DNA from: Proteromonas lacertae
Taxonomy: Eukaryota
NCBI GenBank assembly: GCA_002245135.1
Contig: NGBS01000584.1
Span: forward strand, 62,001 to 126,000
Length of the DNA stretch: 64,000 bases
Direction: 5' to 3'
In this document: positions 13,545 through 27,983 of the stretch, piece after piece
Layout: the number at the start of each line of letters is the position of its first letter
Position numbering within the stretch: position 1 is the stretch's first letter
The notes under the pieces: generated by a model
The model's database searches: none
The model's input: the letters and a program-made list of their open reading frames with translations, nothing else
Told to the model about the DNA's origin: nothing
Translations under genes and position numbers: made by a program

Positions 13545-14202
13545 TATACAACCACATATAAGGTACATTCAATGATTTATTCAAATAGTCAAATACAATT
13601 GTTTCAGGAATTCTCAATGCTGATGGACCTATTGGTATTTGTTGATAGAATCTGACTCCTGGCTTTATTGCTGTAGTATATTCAAATTTATAATCGAATA
13701 TTGGATGATGTGGTTTTTCACCATTTAATTCTTCTTCTGTAGGTGGATGAAGTAATAATGTTGGTTGGGATTTGTTTTCTGCTAAAAATTGTTTTGCTCT
13801 AGCTACTGTCTGCATAAATGATTCTTCATTTTCTGGATTTTTAGCCAAATTTCTATTTAATTAAAATAAAGAAATATGAAATACTTTTCTCTTTGTAATT
13901 TCTTTCTATCAACGTATCTAGAATTATATTTTTGTGACAATTCTCTATCTAAACGACGAGACTTTTGTAACATCAACGAAACGCCTGTTTTTCGATCATG
14001 TTCAAGCAAAACCTATTATTATCATGTTAAGCAATATACTTGTTGTGTTGCAGGATATAATTTGTCAGATTGATCATTATTTTGAAGTCTTTGTTCCATA
14101 TCCAATATTGCACAAGATGGATTCTATTTATGTATGCAATATATTTAAATATACATTTCTCAACTCCTTTTTCCACTTACGCAGTTCTATATCCATCGCC
14201 AT
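12247..14202 (-). CDS. Hypothetical protein, multi-exon
   Basis: ORF fragments 12247-12732, 13310-13555 and 13471-13848 join in frame through short GT-AG introns. Start MAMDIELRKWKK at 14202. Confidence 0.6.
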
Positions 14203-14270
14203 TTTGTTTTGAAAATAAAACGATATTTGATCTCTCAAACTTTTTTTTCATTTTAGATTTTAAAATCTCA

Positions 14271-15285
14271 ATGTCATTCAATAAAAAAGAAATAAAAAAG
14301 GCAATAAAAGAACAAATTGAATTTTATTTCAGTGATAGTAATGTTTTAAAGGATAAATTCATATTGGAACAAATAAATAAAGATCCAAATGGTTGGGTTG
14401 ATTTGAAACTAATCGCAAACTTTAATAGAGTTAAACAATTATCTCAAAATATGGAATTAATTACTAAATCATTGAAACATTCACATATAATAGAATTGAG
14501 TGAAGATAAAACTAAATTGAGAAGAAAAAATCCATTACCTAAAGAAGATACAAGTGATAATAGAACGATCTACATAGAAAATTTAAAAGGAATATATGAT
14601 CACTTAACTATAAAAGCTCAATTTTCTAAATATGGTAAAGTAAATCTAGTTAGTCTTCCTCGATATAAAATTACTAAAGAATATAAAGGATTTGGATTTA
14701 TTGAATTTTCAACAGAAGAAGAATCAAAAGATGCATTAAAAGGAATAAACAAAAATGAAATGGGTGAAATAAAGGGAATGACAAAATTAGATTGGTTAAA
14801 AGTATAATAATATTATATAATATATTTATATTAAATATAAATAGAAAAAAGTAGAAGTGAAACAAGAAGTAGAAGAAATTAAAAAAAGAAAAAGAGATAC
14901 ATCAACCACAACAGTTGATAATATATCATTTACAAAAAATGTTTTAGTGAAAGTTAATAATATTCCTATCACAATGACAAGAAAGGAGATAAGAGATATA
15001 ATTGAAATGGCAACTCCAATATCTTATATTGATTATTTACCTCCAACAATAGAAGAAAGTAAAGATGAGGATAAGATAGATGATATCTTGACATTTGCTA
15101 TTATTAGATTTCCAAATTCTGATTGTTCAAATAAGGCAATTACTTATTTTAAGAATCATCCTCAGAAGTTAAAAGGTCATGAGTTATTGTTAAGTCAAAT
15201 TACTGGTGATGAAGAAAAAGAATATTGGATGAAAGTAGAGTCTTTAAGACAAGAAGCAAAGAAAAGAAAATTGAATAAGAAATAA
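14271..15285 (+). CDS. La-motif RNA-binding protein (La/LARP7-like: LaM, RRM1, C-terminal RRM)
   Basis: QIEFYFSDSNVLKDKF...GWVDLKLIANFNRVK (LaM); KGFGFIEF (RNP1); C-terminal RRM ending ITGDEEKEYW. One intron near 14802-14844. Confidence 0.85.
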
Positions 15286-15384
15286 TTAATTTTTGTGTGT
15301 TTGTGTATTTGTTTGTATGGTAAATAGTTTAGAAACTTCTCAACCAACATATAACAAAAATGAAACATAAATATATTCATCAAA

Positions 15385-16632
15385 TTAATTTTCTATTTCA
15401 TTTTTATATTTTTCTCTTATTAAATATTCTAATTCTTCTAACGATTTATCTACTCTATCTGTTATTTCAATATAATACTTATAAACATCAACTTCATTTC
15501 CACTTTTCATTTCTTCTTTATATCTTTCTTTTATATCATCAAAATGGACTTCATCTCCAACTTCTACAAACACTTTCTTTCCAAATTTTGGTATTACATC
15601 AATAACTAAATTATCAGGTCCTTGCGGAACTACCTATAATAATATTATTATTATTATAGAATATATATATAATACATTATTCATTCCAAGATGATATATA
15701 GGTATTAATATTGGTGGTGTTGGTGATTCTAAAATCAATCTACCTACACCCCATTTCAAAGGACCCATTCTTCTACCTGCTGGACTTTTGCGACCACTAT
15801 CAGTTATCCAACTACCATTTTCATCCTTTTTTAAATAACCACAATCCTATAATATATACATCAAAAATCAATTACTATACTTGATATATTCTTCCTTCTG
15901 GATAAATATGCAACCAATCGCCATATTTCGCTCTTTCAATAAATTCTGTGAATTGAACTTGATAAATACCACCTCCTCGCTGTATTGGCATTACTTTGCC
16001 AATTGAAAAAAAGGTTGAACGAAATTTTGAACTAAAACAAACATCTTCTGTTGCTAAAGTCCATTTTACAAGATGTGGTTGAAATAATACACTCATTCCC
16101 ATTATTGAGATTATTAATGGTTCATCTAACATCGATTCATGATTGGTTACTGTTATAAGAGGAATACCTGGAGGTCTATTGTGAATTAAATTAATTACTT
16201 TTTCATTTCCATTTCTAAGATATTATTATACAGTAAACTATACATTTTTACTCTTTCAATTACATGTAATATACGAGATGCTATTCCAACACACAATATT
16301 TCCAACATACTGTTAAAATATGTAAAGAAGAATAGAATATACGCAAAAATCCTGACACTCAGAGGATACTTCAAATAATCAACTGATGGCTGTACTGTCT
16401 CTCTGTATTGCAAAGGTCTATCAAGTAAAGGTACATGACGCATTTTGGAACTATAAGTAAATAATAAATAATATTTATACCCTCTCCACCAACAATAATA
16501 TAGTGATCCAACGGCAGAACTACAAACAATTACAGATCCTAAAATGTTCCTTTTTATAATAGCGTGTGATAATGCATTTTTGTTGTTTGTATTTGTTATA
16601 ACTCTTGAAAATTGATTCACTCTTCTAAACAT
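15385..16632 (-). CDS. TAZ: Tafazzin-family phospholipid acyltransferase
   Basis: VTNHESMLDEP (HX4D), WLHIYPEGRIYQ and LKWGVGRLILESPTPPILIPIYHLGM motifs across exons. Confidence 0.9.
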
Positions 16633-16754
16633 CTCCCAAAGAGAAATATTTTTTCATACTACCAAACCTTCTTCAAGCTCTTTTAAATATATCATGCAGT
16701 TTAATGGATCAACAGTAAAGAATAGAGATAGAATAATTAGACCATCGAATCAGA

Positions 16755-19700
16755 ATGCGGAATATGTGCCTAGATCGACCAAATACATACTTTGAAAATA
16801 CATTATTATCAAATCAAAACAGATTCAATATGAACAATGTATTTTAAAATAATTTTATTGAATAGATTAATAGATGGGATGCAGAACAAATTGCTTCAAA
16901 ACCTAAAACACCTTCAATTGTATAATCCAGTTTTTAATTTAATAGGTTTACCAACATACTACAGAAAAACCTACACTATCTCCATCATTTTTAGATAAGA
17001 TGAAAAGTTGCCAGGAGAAATGTGCATTATTAGAAAAGCAAATGAGAATAACAGAAAATGAAATAAAGATATTAAAAACTCATAAGCAAGACATTAATAA
17101 AATAATATCTAATACAGAACCAAAACTCTCACAACCTCTAATTACACAATCTCAACCAAATCGTTCAATTTCAGTTCCAAAACGAACTTCTCTTCCAATT
17201 ACTCAAACATCACCATCTTCTCCACCTTATGAAATTCAATCCAAACCATCTTCACTACCATCTACTGAAATTCAATCACAATCAAAGAGATCTTTTTCAA
17301 CTCCAAAGGTATTATCAACTCGAGTTACATCACAGTCATTATCACAAAGTGTAAAATCACCAATAGTACAAACAAATAATAATAATAAACTAAGTTTGAC
17401 TCAAAAACCAATCCCCATTCAAGATACTCCATTATATTTCAATAATAGTTATTTCAATACAAATATTGCATCACCACCACCTCCACCAAAGATATTACCA
17501 TTACCACCATCATCTAGTCGTTTATTACCATCTGATAAACCATTATTATCTATTCAACAAACACATACTCCTCCACTTCAATCATCACCATCTGATTCAA
17601 TTGAAAGATTAAGAAAAGAATTGAGAATAGTAAATGATGAAAAGAATGTATTAACTGAATCATTAAAACAACAGAATAATCAATTAATTAATGATAATAA
17701 AGAATTATCAATGCAAAACTCAAAATTAATAAAACAATATAAAAGTATTGAGGAAGAAATGAATAGAATAAAGAATGAAAGATCAGTATCAATCAATAAG
17801 AAAGAGATTGAAGAATTAAATGAGAAATACTTACAGTTACAAGAACAATATAACAAAAGTGAAATGGAGAAACAATCTATATCATTACACTCTAAAATAT
17901 TGGAAAGAAAATTAACAGAATATCAGAATAACAGTTATAATAATGTAAATACAAGTAATAGTAATATTTTACCAATAAAATATACATCTTCCAATTTAAA
18001 TATTACTATGAAAGATATTCCAAATATAATAACTGCCTTAACATCATCAGAATCATTGTTGGATATATTAAATCCAAATACTATTAATAGTCTACAAATA
18101 TCATCAATTAAACATACATTACATGTTTCTATACAATCTATAATATACTTAAAATCGATAATTGAGGATTATAATAATGATAAAAATGATGATAAAGATA
18201 ATTCCTTTTCACCAATTGATACAAGTGTATTATCTACTTCACCATTAAAGAATGATAAAGATAATAATAAAAATTCTGATTTAATGAATGAATATAATCA
18301 ATATAAACAAAAGACTCAAGCTGAGATTGATAACTATACAACCAAAATTCAGTTATTAGAATCATTAGTAAATAAGCAAAAACAAGATATAAAAGATAAT
18401 TTGGAGAAGTATCAGACAATAATTGATGGATTAGAAAAGAAGTGTGAAAACTTACATAAAGAGAATGAAGAATATATGCAATCATCCATAGAAAAAAGTG
18501 TAATAATTGTTGATAATAATAGTAATATACAACAACAAGAACAACAATTATCAGACACAATAACACAAGTAAAACACTTGGAGGAAGTTCAGAATTCATT
18601 GAATAAATTGAAGAATAAGATATTAGAGAAAGACAATAAAATAAAAACTTATGAAAAAGAAGTTGAATTGAAGAATAATCAGATAAAAGAGAAGAATGAT
18701 ATAATAGTGAAACTACAGTGTGAATTACAAAGTATTACAATTACACCAACTCCACGTTCAGTGAATGAAGGTGATGATGATAATGAAGTAGAAGTGAAAA
18801 TAACAGTGAAAGAAAGTGAAGAAACTGTTAAAAAGATGAAAGAATATGAAGAAAGAATAATGAATGAAGAAAAAGAAATAGCCAATTTGAAACAAGAAAT
18901 TGAAAAGATAGAAAATGAAAAACAGAAAGAAATCAATCAATTACAAAGTCATTGTGATAAATTAGATGAAGAAATAAGTGAAAAGATAGTAGAAATAGAA
19001 GAAAAAGATAAGAATATAAAGTCATTAGAACAACAAATGAACCAATTACAAATCAATAATCAAACCAAAATAGCTGAATTAACTCAATCATTATCAACAA
19101 AAGATTATACTATTAATAATTTAAAGAGTGAATTAGAAGCAATAAAGAAAGAAAATGATGAAATAATAGCATCATCATCCAATAATGAGAATGAAAATAA
19201 TAATATATTCAAACAACAATTATTATCAAAACAATCTGAAAATGAAAGATTGAGGAAAGAAATTGAGGATTTAAACAACAATTCAATTACAAAGATTGAA
19301 TATGAGGAGTATAAACAACAACAGAATGATAATATAAATGAATTACAGAATAATATTATAACAAAAGATAATGAATTAAATGAAATAAAGTCTAAATATA
19401 ATAAAATAGAAACCCAGTATAATAATCTAAATAAGATGATTGAACAGAAAGATGAAGTGATTGAAAATAGAAATAAAGAAATGAAAATATTAAAAGAATC
19501 TAATGATAATATGAAAAACGATTTTGAAAAAGAGAAAATGATTATTTCATCAAAATTAAATGAATATAAACAGTTGGAAATGTCTTTAAATGATAAAATA
19601 AAGAACAATGAAAATACAATAAAACAATTAACTCATACATTACATCAGAAGGAAATAGAAATGAAGAGTATTGCAACTAATATGGATTTGTTGAACAAAG

Positions 19701-20489
19701 ATAAAGAACAAAGAATATTATTACTAGAATCAGAAATAGAAAGAATAAACAAAGAAAACAATATAAATATAGAGAAAATAAGAGAAGAAAGTGCTGCCTT
19801 AACAAATGATAAAGACAATGAGATAAAAAACATGAAAAGTGAATTGAATATCTTAAGAAGTAGTTTAGAAAAATCTCCAAATAAAGATGAAGTAAAGAGG
19901 TTAAAAATGGAAATGAAAAGACAAAAAGACTTATTGGATCAATTAAAAGATCAGAACACTCAATATAAACAAAAAGTACAATCATTAACAGCTGAAAAAG
20001 ATGATTTAGCAAGTAAATATGAGAATGAAAGGAAGAATTCTCAATTTTTTAAGAATAACCAATCAGTTCAAGTTGATAAAGTGAAAAATGCAATGAAGTC
20101 ACAACAAGAAAATCAAATACAAGAATTAAATAAGAAATATGATATTGAGAAGAATGAATTAATCAAAAAATATGAAAATGAAAAGAATGAAATAGAAACA
20201 GAGAAACAAAAGTTGTTAATTCAATTACAACAACAACAACAACAAAGTGTAAAGAGTGATAGTTATGTAAATGATGAAAGAAAACAACTTCAACAAATCC
20301 AAGAGAAAGACAAACAGATTCAAATTCAACAACAATCAATTGATAAATACAAACATCAAATAGATGAATTATCAACAGTAATTATAAATCAAGAATCCAA
20401 TATAAATGAATTACAAACACAAATAAAGCAATTGAAGAATGATAATATTGAATTAGTAAAATCAATAGATATGATACAAAAACAGTCAC

Positions 20490-20522
<33 letters not shown>

Positions 20523-21265
20523 CACCAAAAGATTCAAGAAAAACCAAATCCTTAACCATATCAACAGATATAATTGAAGATTTGAATAATACTACTAAAC
20601 TTACACCACCAAAATCACCATTACAATCCCCACAAAGTACAAAATCATTAACATTTGAATTAAAGAATAAAAATGAATCTTTAACCCAACAAATAACTAA
20701 ATTAGAAGGTAAAAATATGATTGTGAATAAGAAAGTGAAGTTGTTAGAAGAAGAGAATAAGAAGTTGAAATTAGCAGCAGAGACATTGATGAATGAGAAA
20801 GATGAAGAATCAATGAAAATAATTGATTCACATAATATTGACTTAATGAACCAATTGGATAGATTAGAGATAGAAAATCAAGACTATCAACAGAAGATAA
20901 TTGAGAAGGAGAATATGTATAGTAGTATTAAGGGAGATTATGATAAGGTTGCTATGGATGTTGAACAGTTAAAGGCTATTAATCAGGAATTAGAGAATGA
21001 GATTGATAATTATAAGAAAGAGTTGATTGAGAAAGATAAAGCTGTGGATGATATTAATCTACAATTACAACACTATTTGGAGGAGATTAATATGTTGAAG
21101 AAGGAGTGTCAAGATAATAACAATACAATTGCTAACTTATCACAAGAACTCCAATCTACCAATAGATTGGGTATGAGTGAACTGGAAAATGATTATAATG
21201 TCTTGTTTGATGCTTATACTGATTTAAGACAAAGATTCGAGAACTTTTTAAATGGAAACAAGTAG
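16755..21265 (+). CDS. Very large coiled-coil protein; start approximate
   Basis: 1421-aa ORF with an S/P/T-rich N-terminus and long heptad repeats. Two small upstream exons splice in frame. Confidence 0.7.
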
Positions 21266-21805
21266 AAAATTATGTAAACAATGTATTTTAAAATATTATC
21301 TTTTTATTTTATAAATATTTGGTTTTTGAGAAAAAGATTTCAAATCTATTTTGAAAAAAAGAGTTTGATTTGAACCTTTGTTTTATAGACTAACATGTTG
21401 AAGAAAAAAGAAATTGTTGTATGAGCACATCTAGAAAAGTGCCTATAATAATAATTTTCAGTTAAATAATTTCTCATTTTCTTTTTATTCCTTTTGCTGC
21501 ATATTCTAAAGCTCAAACACTTGGCACAGGCGAATAATACTGTCAATACATGATATATAGATAAATCAAAAAAGGTCCTCAGTAATATCGATTGATTGAA
21601 GTTCATTTTTTGTTCTTAACTTCAGACAATACAAAATACACACATAATTACAATGAATAGGTAGACAGTAATAAACACAAAAATATTTCGAATATATCAA
21701 AACAACCAATAAAAAGAGGCATTAAAGCTTGATTCAATAACTGTCATCTTTTGATCCTTAAAATTTTCATTCAGTATATTTAAGTAGAGGATACTGTTTA
21801 AATAA

Positions 21806-24299
21806 ATGGGTTGTTGTGCATCAGTATATACTTTAAGAATAAGATCTCTAGAAAACAGACGCTGTTGATGAAACTGTCAACACACCACAAGAAGGTATGG
21901 CTATATATCATTTTTCTACATTGTTTTATTTCTATAAATATATTCCATATCTATTTGGACTGTATTTTATCATAATTTAGATGAACAAGAACTTCCAGCC
22001 TCATCATTGCTATTCAAGCTGAAAACAGCATCAGACGAAGAAAAGTCTAAATATGCAGATAAACTATTGGAATTAATAAAGAAGAAAGGTATAAATTTTT
22101 TAATCTATGATAAAACATAGATCCAAGCTGTGCTACATTAGTAGACGATGAGAATTGCTCAGTTTTAATTGATAATTTAAGTTCAAATCAAACAACTGAT
22201 GTAAGACGAAAGATGTGTGAAATACTTGTAGCTTTAGGTGATTTAGATCGTATATTAGCAATAGTAATTTATATGTAATAGTCGGAAAAACAAAAGAATT
22301 TGTAAAGAAACACGATGGTAAGAAAGGATTAGATGGATGTATGACATCTGACAATGAGGAGTTAAAGAAATGTGCAAAAGAAGCATATGATAAACTAGTG
22401 GAGCTTACACCATTAGACCAATTAGAAGCGGAGAAGAATCCAGAAGAACAATTGAAAATAATAGAAAAACAAGTAAAAGAATTAGATTATGAAAAAGCCA
22501 AACCATTTTATGAGAAATTATCTCAGATTATTAAAGATAATGATAAAATAGATATATCTGAACAAACACTTGAATGTATAATTAAAGAAATAAAGAAGAA
22601 TAAAGAATCTAGACCAACCTTAGTTCCTATATTTTACAAACTATCAAATCAAGCCAAATATTTAGTTCCAATTATAAAGAATGATGGTTTAATTATATTA
22701 GTAACACAATTCAATACTGATAATAAAGATGAACATTTATATAAAGATATAGAGATTAATAATAATAATATATCTAAAGAATCTGGTGATATTTTATGCA
22801 ATACTGTTTCAGTTAAAGATGAAGGTAAAGATGAATTATGTAAAGGTGAAAATATGTCAATTATTGTGAAAGAATATAAGAATAATAATAAAGATACAGT
22901 TGATAATGCTATTAAAATAATTTGCAATATTCAGAGTAAAAGTATATATATATATATTATTGTATTAAATAGAGGATATATCTAAATCAATCGGTTTAAA
23001 ATTAGCCTTGGAATTCTACAAGAATGATGATGATAAGAAGCTACAAGAAATAGGAACAAAATGCTTATCAGAATTAGCAAAGAAAGAAGACCAAATTCCA
23101 GAATTTATTAGTATTGGAGCTATAACTGATATAATGGATGTATTTAAGAATAGCAAAGATTTTGATCGTAAAGTTAGTGCATGTTCAATTATCTTAGCTT
23201 TGTGTAATAGTAATAAATGTTTACCATATGTTATTAAAGATGGAGGATTGAAATTCTTATTGAATACTATTAAGATTGGTGATTTTAAGTTTGTTGATAG
23301 TGGTACTACTGCTAGTAATAAGAATCCAGATGATGATAGAAAGAATGAATTATCATCTGATAGTGAAAATGAAGAAACAGTAAAACCAAAGGAAGAAGAA
23401 GCAAAACCAATAGTTGAATCAAGAAAATCAAGTTCATCATCATCTGATAGTGATAGGCCAAAGGAAGAAGAAAAACCAAAGGAAGAAGAGTCAAAACCAG
23501 TAGTTGAATCAAGAAAATCAAGTACATCTTCAAGTGGAAAGTGAAAAACCAAAAGAGGAAGAAAAACCTAAGGAAGAAGAGTCAAAACCAGTCGTAGAAT
23601 CTCGAAAATCAAGTTCATCATCATCTGATAGTGACAAACCAAAAGAAGAAGAAAAACCTAAAGAAGAACCAAAACCAGCACAAACTAGAAGTAGATCCTC
23701 CTCATCATCATCCAGTGAGAGTGATAAACCAGTTGAAGAAGAAAAGCCAAAAGAAGAACCAGAACCAGCTCCAGCACCACCAACTGAAGAATCAAGAGAA
23801 AGATCAGGAAGTTCATCATCATCTTCATCATCCTCATCCAGTGATAGTGAAAAACCAAAGAAAGAAGATATAGAACCAACTGAATCAGGTAATCCAGATG
23901 CATTGAAGGAATTACATGATGCTGCTCGTAGTAGAAGTTCATCATCATCTTCTTCATCATCATCTAGTGATAGTGAAGCACCAGCAGAACCAGCTGCTGC
24001 TGCACCTCCACCACCAGCGAGAAAGGAAGAATCACCTAAACCAACTGAAGAAACAAGATCAAGATCATCCAGTAGTTCATCAAGTGATAGTGACAAACCA
24101 AATGAAGAAGAAAAACCTAAGGAAGAAGAGCCAAAGCCAGTTGTTGAATCAAGAAAATCAAGTACATCTTCAAGTGGAAGTGAAAAACCTAAAGAAGAAG
24201 AGCCAAAGCCAGTTGTTGAATCTCGAAAATCAAGTTCATCTTCAAGTGGAAGTGAAAAACCAAAAGAAGAAAAAAAAAAAAAGAGAATCAAAAAAAAAT

Positions 24300-24350
<51 letters not shown>

Positions 24351-27300
24351 CAGTGTTGAATCTCGAAAATCAAGTTCATCTTCAAGTGGAAGTGAAAAAC
24401 CTAAAGAAGAAGAGCCAAAACCAGTTGTAGAATCTCGAAAACCTAGCAATTCATCAAGTGGAAGTGAAAAACCAGTTGAAGATGGTAATAAATCAGAAGT
24501 AATTGATTATTATCAATTATCCAAAGCATTCATAAAGAAATTAGACGATGATCAAAAGAAACTCAGACCATTATCTTTCCAAATATTATTACAATTATCA
24601 CAAGATTCAAAAATAGCCAAAGACTTAATGAATTATGAGACAGTTTCACAATTTAAATTGAACTTAGTAGATGAATCAGTAGCTCACTGCAGTGCTGAAA
24701 TATTAGTAAATTTATTAGAAGTAGATACTGAAAAAGTATCTGACTGGATTAGTAGAGAAAGTGGTATAATATTTTTACTCAATTATATACTTAACAATTA
24801 CACAAATCATCCATCTCATATGTCAAAATTTGTTGATTTATACTGCAATGTGATGAACCAAGATTTAGATAGAAATGTTATATTATTACATAATGAATTT
24901 AAGACAACATATGGTAAAGAATTATACAATGATAAATCATCCTTAAAACTCAATAAAGAAAGCAAAAATCTCTTATATTTCTTGAAATTAGTAGATTTAT
25001 TATCAACTAAGGATTGTAGCAAGATAATAAACGCTATTAGAGATCTTGAATTAACAACTAAAGAAGAACTACAAGATGCTACTAAATCATTAAATGAATG
25101 TGTCAGTGTGAAAGGTAAGAATGAACCTGAAGATTTAGAAGATATAGAATATCCAGAAGAATTAGAAGATGATATTACTGACAGACAATGCAATCATTAT
25201 ATATTTAATTATCGTAAATGTTATCCAAAGTGTGTTAATTTATTAGGATTTGATGATGAAATAGTGAAAGGTAATATATGTAGAATATTGATTGAAATGT
25301 TAAATAAAAGTATCTATTTATTTTATTTATTATTATTAATATAGAAAATATTGAACAATATTGTCATGATCAAGAATTCTTTACACTCTTATGTACAGTA
25401 TTAAGTTCAGAATCAATGGAAACCAAAGTAGCTGCTTATACATTGTTATTGAAATACACACCAATTGAAGGAGTTCCACCATTAATCCGTGAAGGAAGAG
25501 GTATTAAACCAATCATTAACGAATTAAAATGTGAAGATAAAAGTCTATTAGTTATTGTTTGTGGTTTAATAAGAGATTTAAATAAAGGTGATAATGAAGT
25601 ATATAAGATTATGAATAGATTTAGAGTTATTTATTCACTTATCGATATTATTAGAAGTGAAAAAGGTGAATTAAGAAAAGCTGCTTTAGAAGCCTTAGCT
25701 GCATTGACTCGTATTGAAGAGAATAAGAGAACTGTTAAGGACTTAGCATTATCATTATGTATGAATGTAATATACGATGATGAGAATGAAGATGATGTAA
25801 AATTAGCAGCTGCTGAAGTTATCAACGAAATTGCCATTGTAAACTTCTTCAAATTCGAAATAAAGAAAGATAAAGGTATTTCAAAGTTATTAAATGTAAT
25901 AAAATCAACTGACAGTGTAGAATTGAAAGTGTGTTTATGTAATATTATCTCCAGTTTGGTAATCAATGATACTGATAGACTATCAGTTATTAATGATGAT
26001 GGTTTAACTATCTTAATGGATTGTGTTAATATTGAAGGTAATACTGATTTATTATTAGCTTCCTCCACTATATTAGCCAAAGCATCCAGTAGTGCAACTG
26101 GTAGACCAAAGATGGTGAATGAAGGTATTATTGAAACAGCTATTAATAAGATGACTGTTGATAATCATGATATTAAAGTGAATTGTTGTACAATATTGAA
26201 TAAAGTGGCTTATAATGAAGAGAATTGTAAGAATATTGTACAGACATATGATGGTGTTGAACCAATCTTAGACTGTTTGAAATTACAATCAGATGAATTA
26301 GCTATATTAGTAATCAGTATAATGTACAAATTAGCATTGAATTGTGAATCAAATATACAAATCTTATTAGAAAAAGAAGTACCAGAAATGTTAATTAGAT
26401 GCTTAGAGAATGGTAATGATACTGTAAAAGTTGCTGCATTTGATGCTATTCATTGGTTATCATTGAAAGGTGTGAAATTACCTGCCTTTGCTGATGCTGA
26501 TATAATGAAATTAGTAGTAAACTGTTTGACAAGTGAAAGTACAGAAGTTGTACGACATGCTTGTACTACATTGTATTGGTTATGTTACAATGATCAGAAT
26601 TTAATCCCATTCGTAGTTGAATTTGATATATTAGGTACATTAATTGATTGTTTAGATAAAGATGATGTAGCTTTACAAACAATATCATTAAATGCATTGA
26701 ATAAATTATCTTACAATAATGAAGTAGCTGTTGAAGTATATGATAAAGGTGGAATTCCAAAAGTGTTATCTTTATTAGCTAATACCAATAAGAACAATCA
26801 AGATTTATTAATCCAAGTATGTAATTCAATCGCTTTATTCTGCGACAATGCTAAAATAAGACAATATATAGTAGATAATATAGAAAAGAGTGTATTAGAA
26901 GAATTATCCAATTCAACCAATATGACATTAGCATCTTCAGCAAGAAATGCAATAAAAGGATTAAGCAGTATTTCTGATGCTATTACATTACGTAAACCAA
27001 CTATGGATCCACAAGATTTAAGCAGATCAACCATCGTTACAGCTCATGGTAGATATTCAATGGATTGTCAAGATGTAAATCCAGATACAAGTATTGCTAA
27101 ACAGAAGAAAGATCAAGAAGAAAATGAAAGAGATAATTCAACAATTAATGAAGCTGATGAAAGTTTGAGTAATCCAGGTTCCTTTATTGAAACATCTGCT
27201 ATTGAAGATACACCATCATTCATTGAAGCACCACCAGCTATTAACGAGGAAGAGAAATTGCCTGAATTGAATGAATCTGCTATTACTAATAAAGATGATG

Positions 27301-27770
27301 AAGATAAGAAATCTGATACTAGTTCAGTTTCTAGTAAATCATCAGTCTCTGAACCAGAAGAACCAAAGAAAGAAGAAGAAGAAGAACCTCCAAAACAAGA
27401 AGAAGCACCAGCAGCACCAGTTGAATCTGCTCCTCCAGCTGATGAAACAAGATCAAGAAGTTCATCTTCATCAGTCTTCTTCAAGTGAACCACCTAAGCA
27501 ACCAGAACCAGCACCAGTAGTAGAAGAACAACCACCAGCACCAGCACCAGTTGAAGAAGCTCCAAATGCAGATGATACTAAATCACAGTCATCTTCAAGT
27601 TCAAGTTCTAGTAGTGAACCAGAAGAACCAAAACAAGCTGAAGCACAACCAGAACCAAACTCCTGCTCCAGAAGAACCAGCACCAGCTCCAGTAGAAGAA
27701 CAACCAAAACCAGATGATACTATGTCACAATCTAGCAGTTCCTAGTTCTTCATCATCATCTTCTGCTTAA
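21806..27770 (+). CDS. Armadillo-repeat protein with MGCCAS dual-acylation N-terminus and Ser/Glu/Lys/Pro repeat inserts; apparent frameshifts
   Basis: ATG GGT TGT TGT GCA TCA at 21806. ARM-like repeats in the 25416-27000 region (e.g. DKGGIPKVLSLL, DGVEPILDCL). Frame breaks near 23540, 24270-24350 and 27480-27740. Confidence 0.7.
23383..24475 (+). repeat. Coding minisatellite encoding EKPKEEEPKPVVESRKSSSSSS-type units, interrupted by an A-rich tract
   Basis: Repeated CCAGT(T/A/C)GT(T/A)GAATC(A/T)(A/C)GAAAATCAAG units visible several times. Confidence 0.85.
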
Positions 27771-27983
27771 GGGAGATAACTTTATCTGATGAATTTGTTT
27801 AATTAAACTTATAATAATTACAAAACCATGTTTACATATTATTTTTCAGTTTGTTTCAGGATAAAAAATGAAAGAATGAACAGCATAAAGGGTGTAAAAG
27901 AGTGTTTTAAAAAAGATTGAAACGAATAGTATTTTTGAATTTGTTTTTAAAGAATCTTTTTAAAAAGAAATTGGATGAAATAG

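Noticed and set aside
21266..21805. Unusually long intergenic gaps (also 52438-53017) as possible ncRNA or small-gene loci
   Set aside because: I could not identify snRNA or snoRNA boxes, stable hairpins or a convincing spliced ORF by eye. An Infernal/Rfam search and RNA-seq would be needed.
24269..24349. Long poly-A tract encoding poly-Lys, considered as a retroposon tail or ribosome-stalling signal
   Set aside because: It sits in register with the surrounding repeat and keeps remnants of it (GAATC, AAAATC). No target-site duplication is evident. A consensus error is most likely; raw reads would settle it.
23535..27745. Frameshifts in the ARM gene as programmed frameshifting or pseudogenisation
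   Set aside because: They are apparent small indels confined to low-complexity repeats (e.g. GGAAAGTG versus GGAAGTG in sister repeats), while the ARM exons are intact. This is typical of assembly error.
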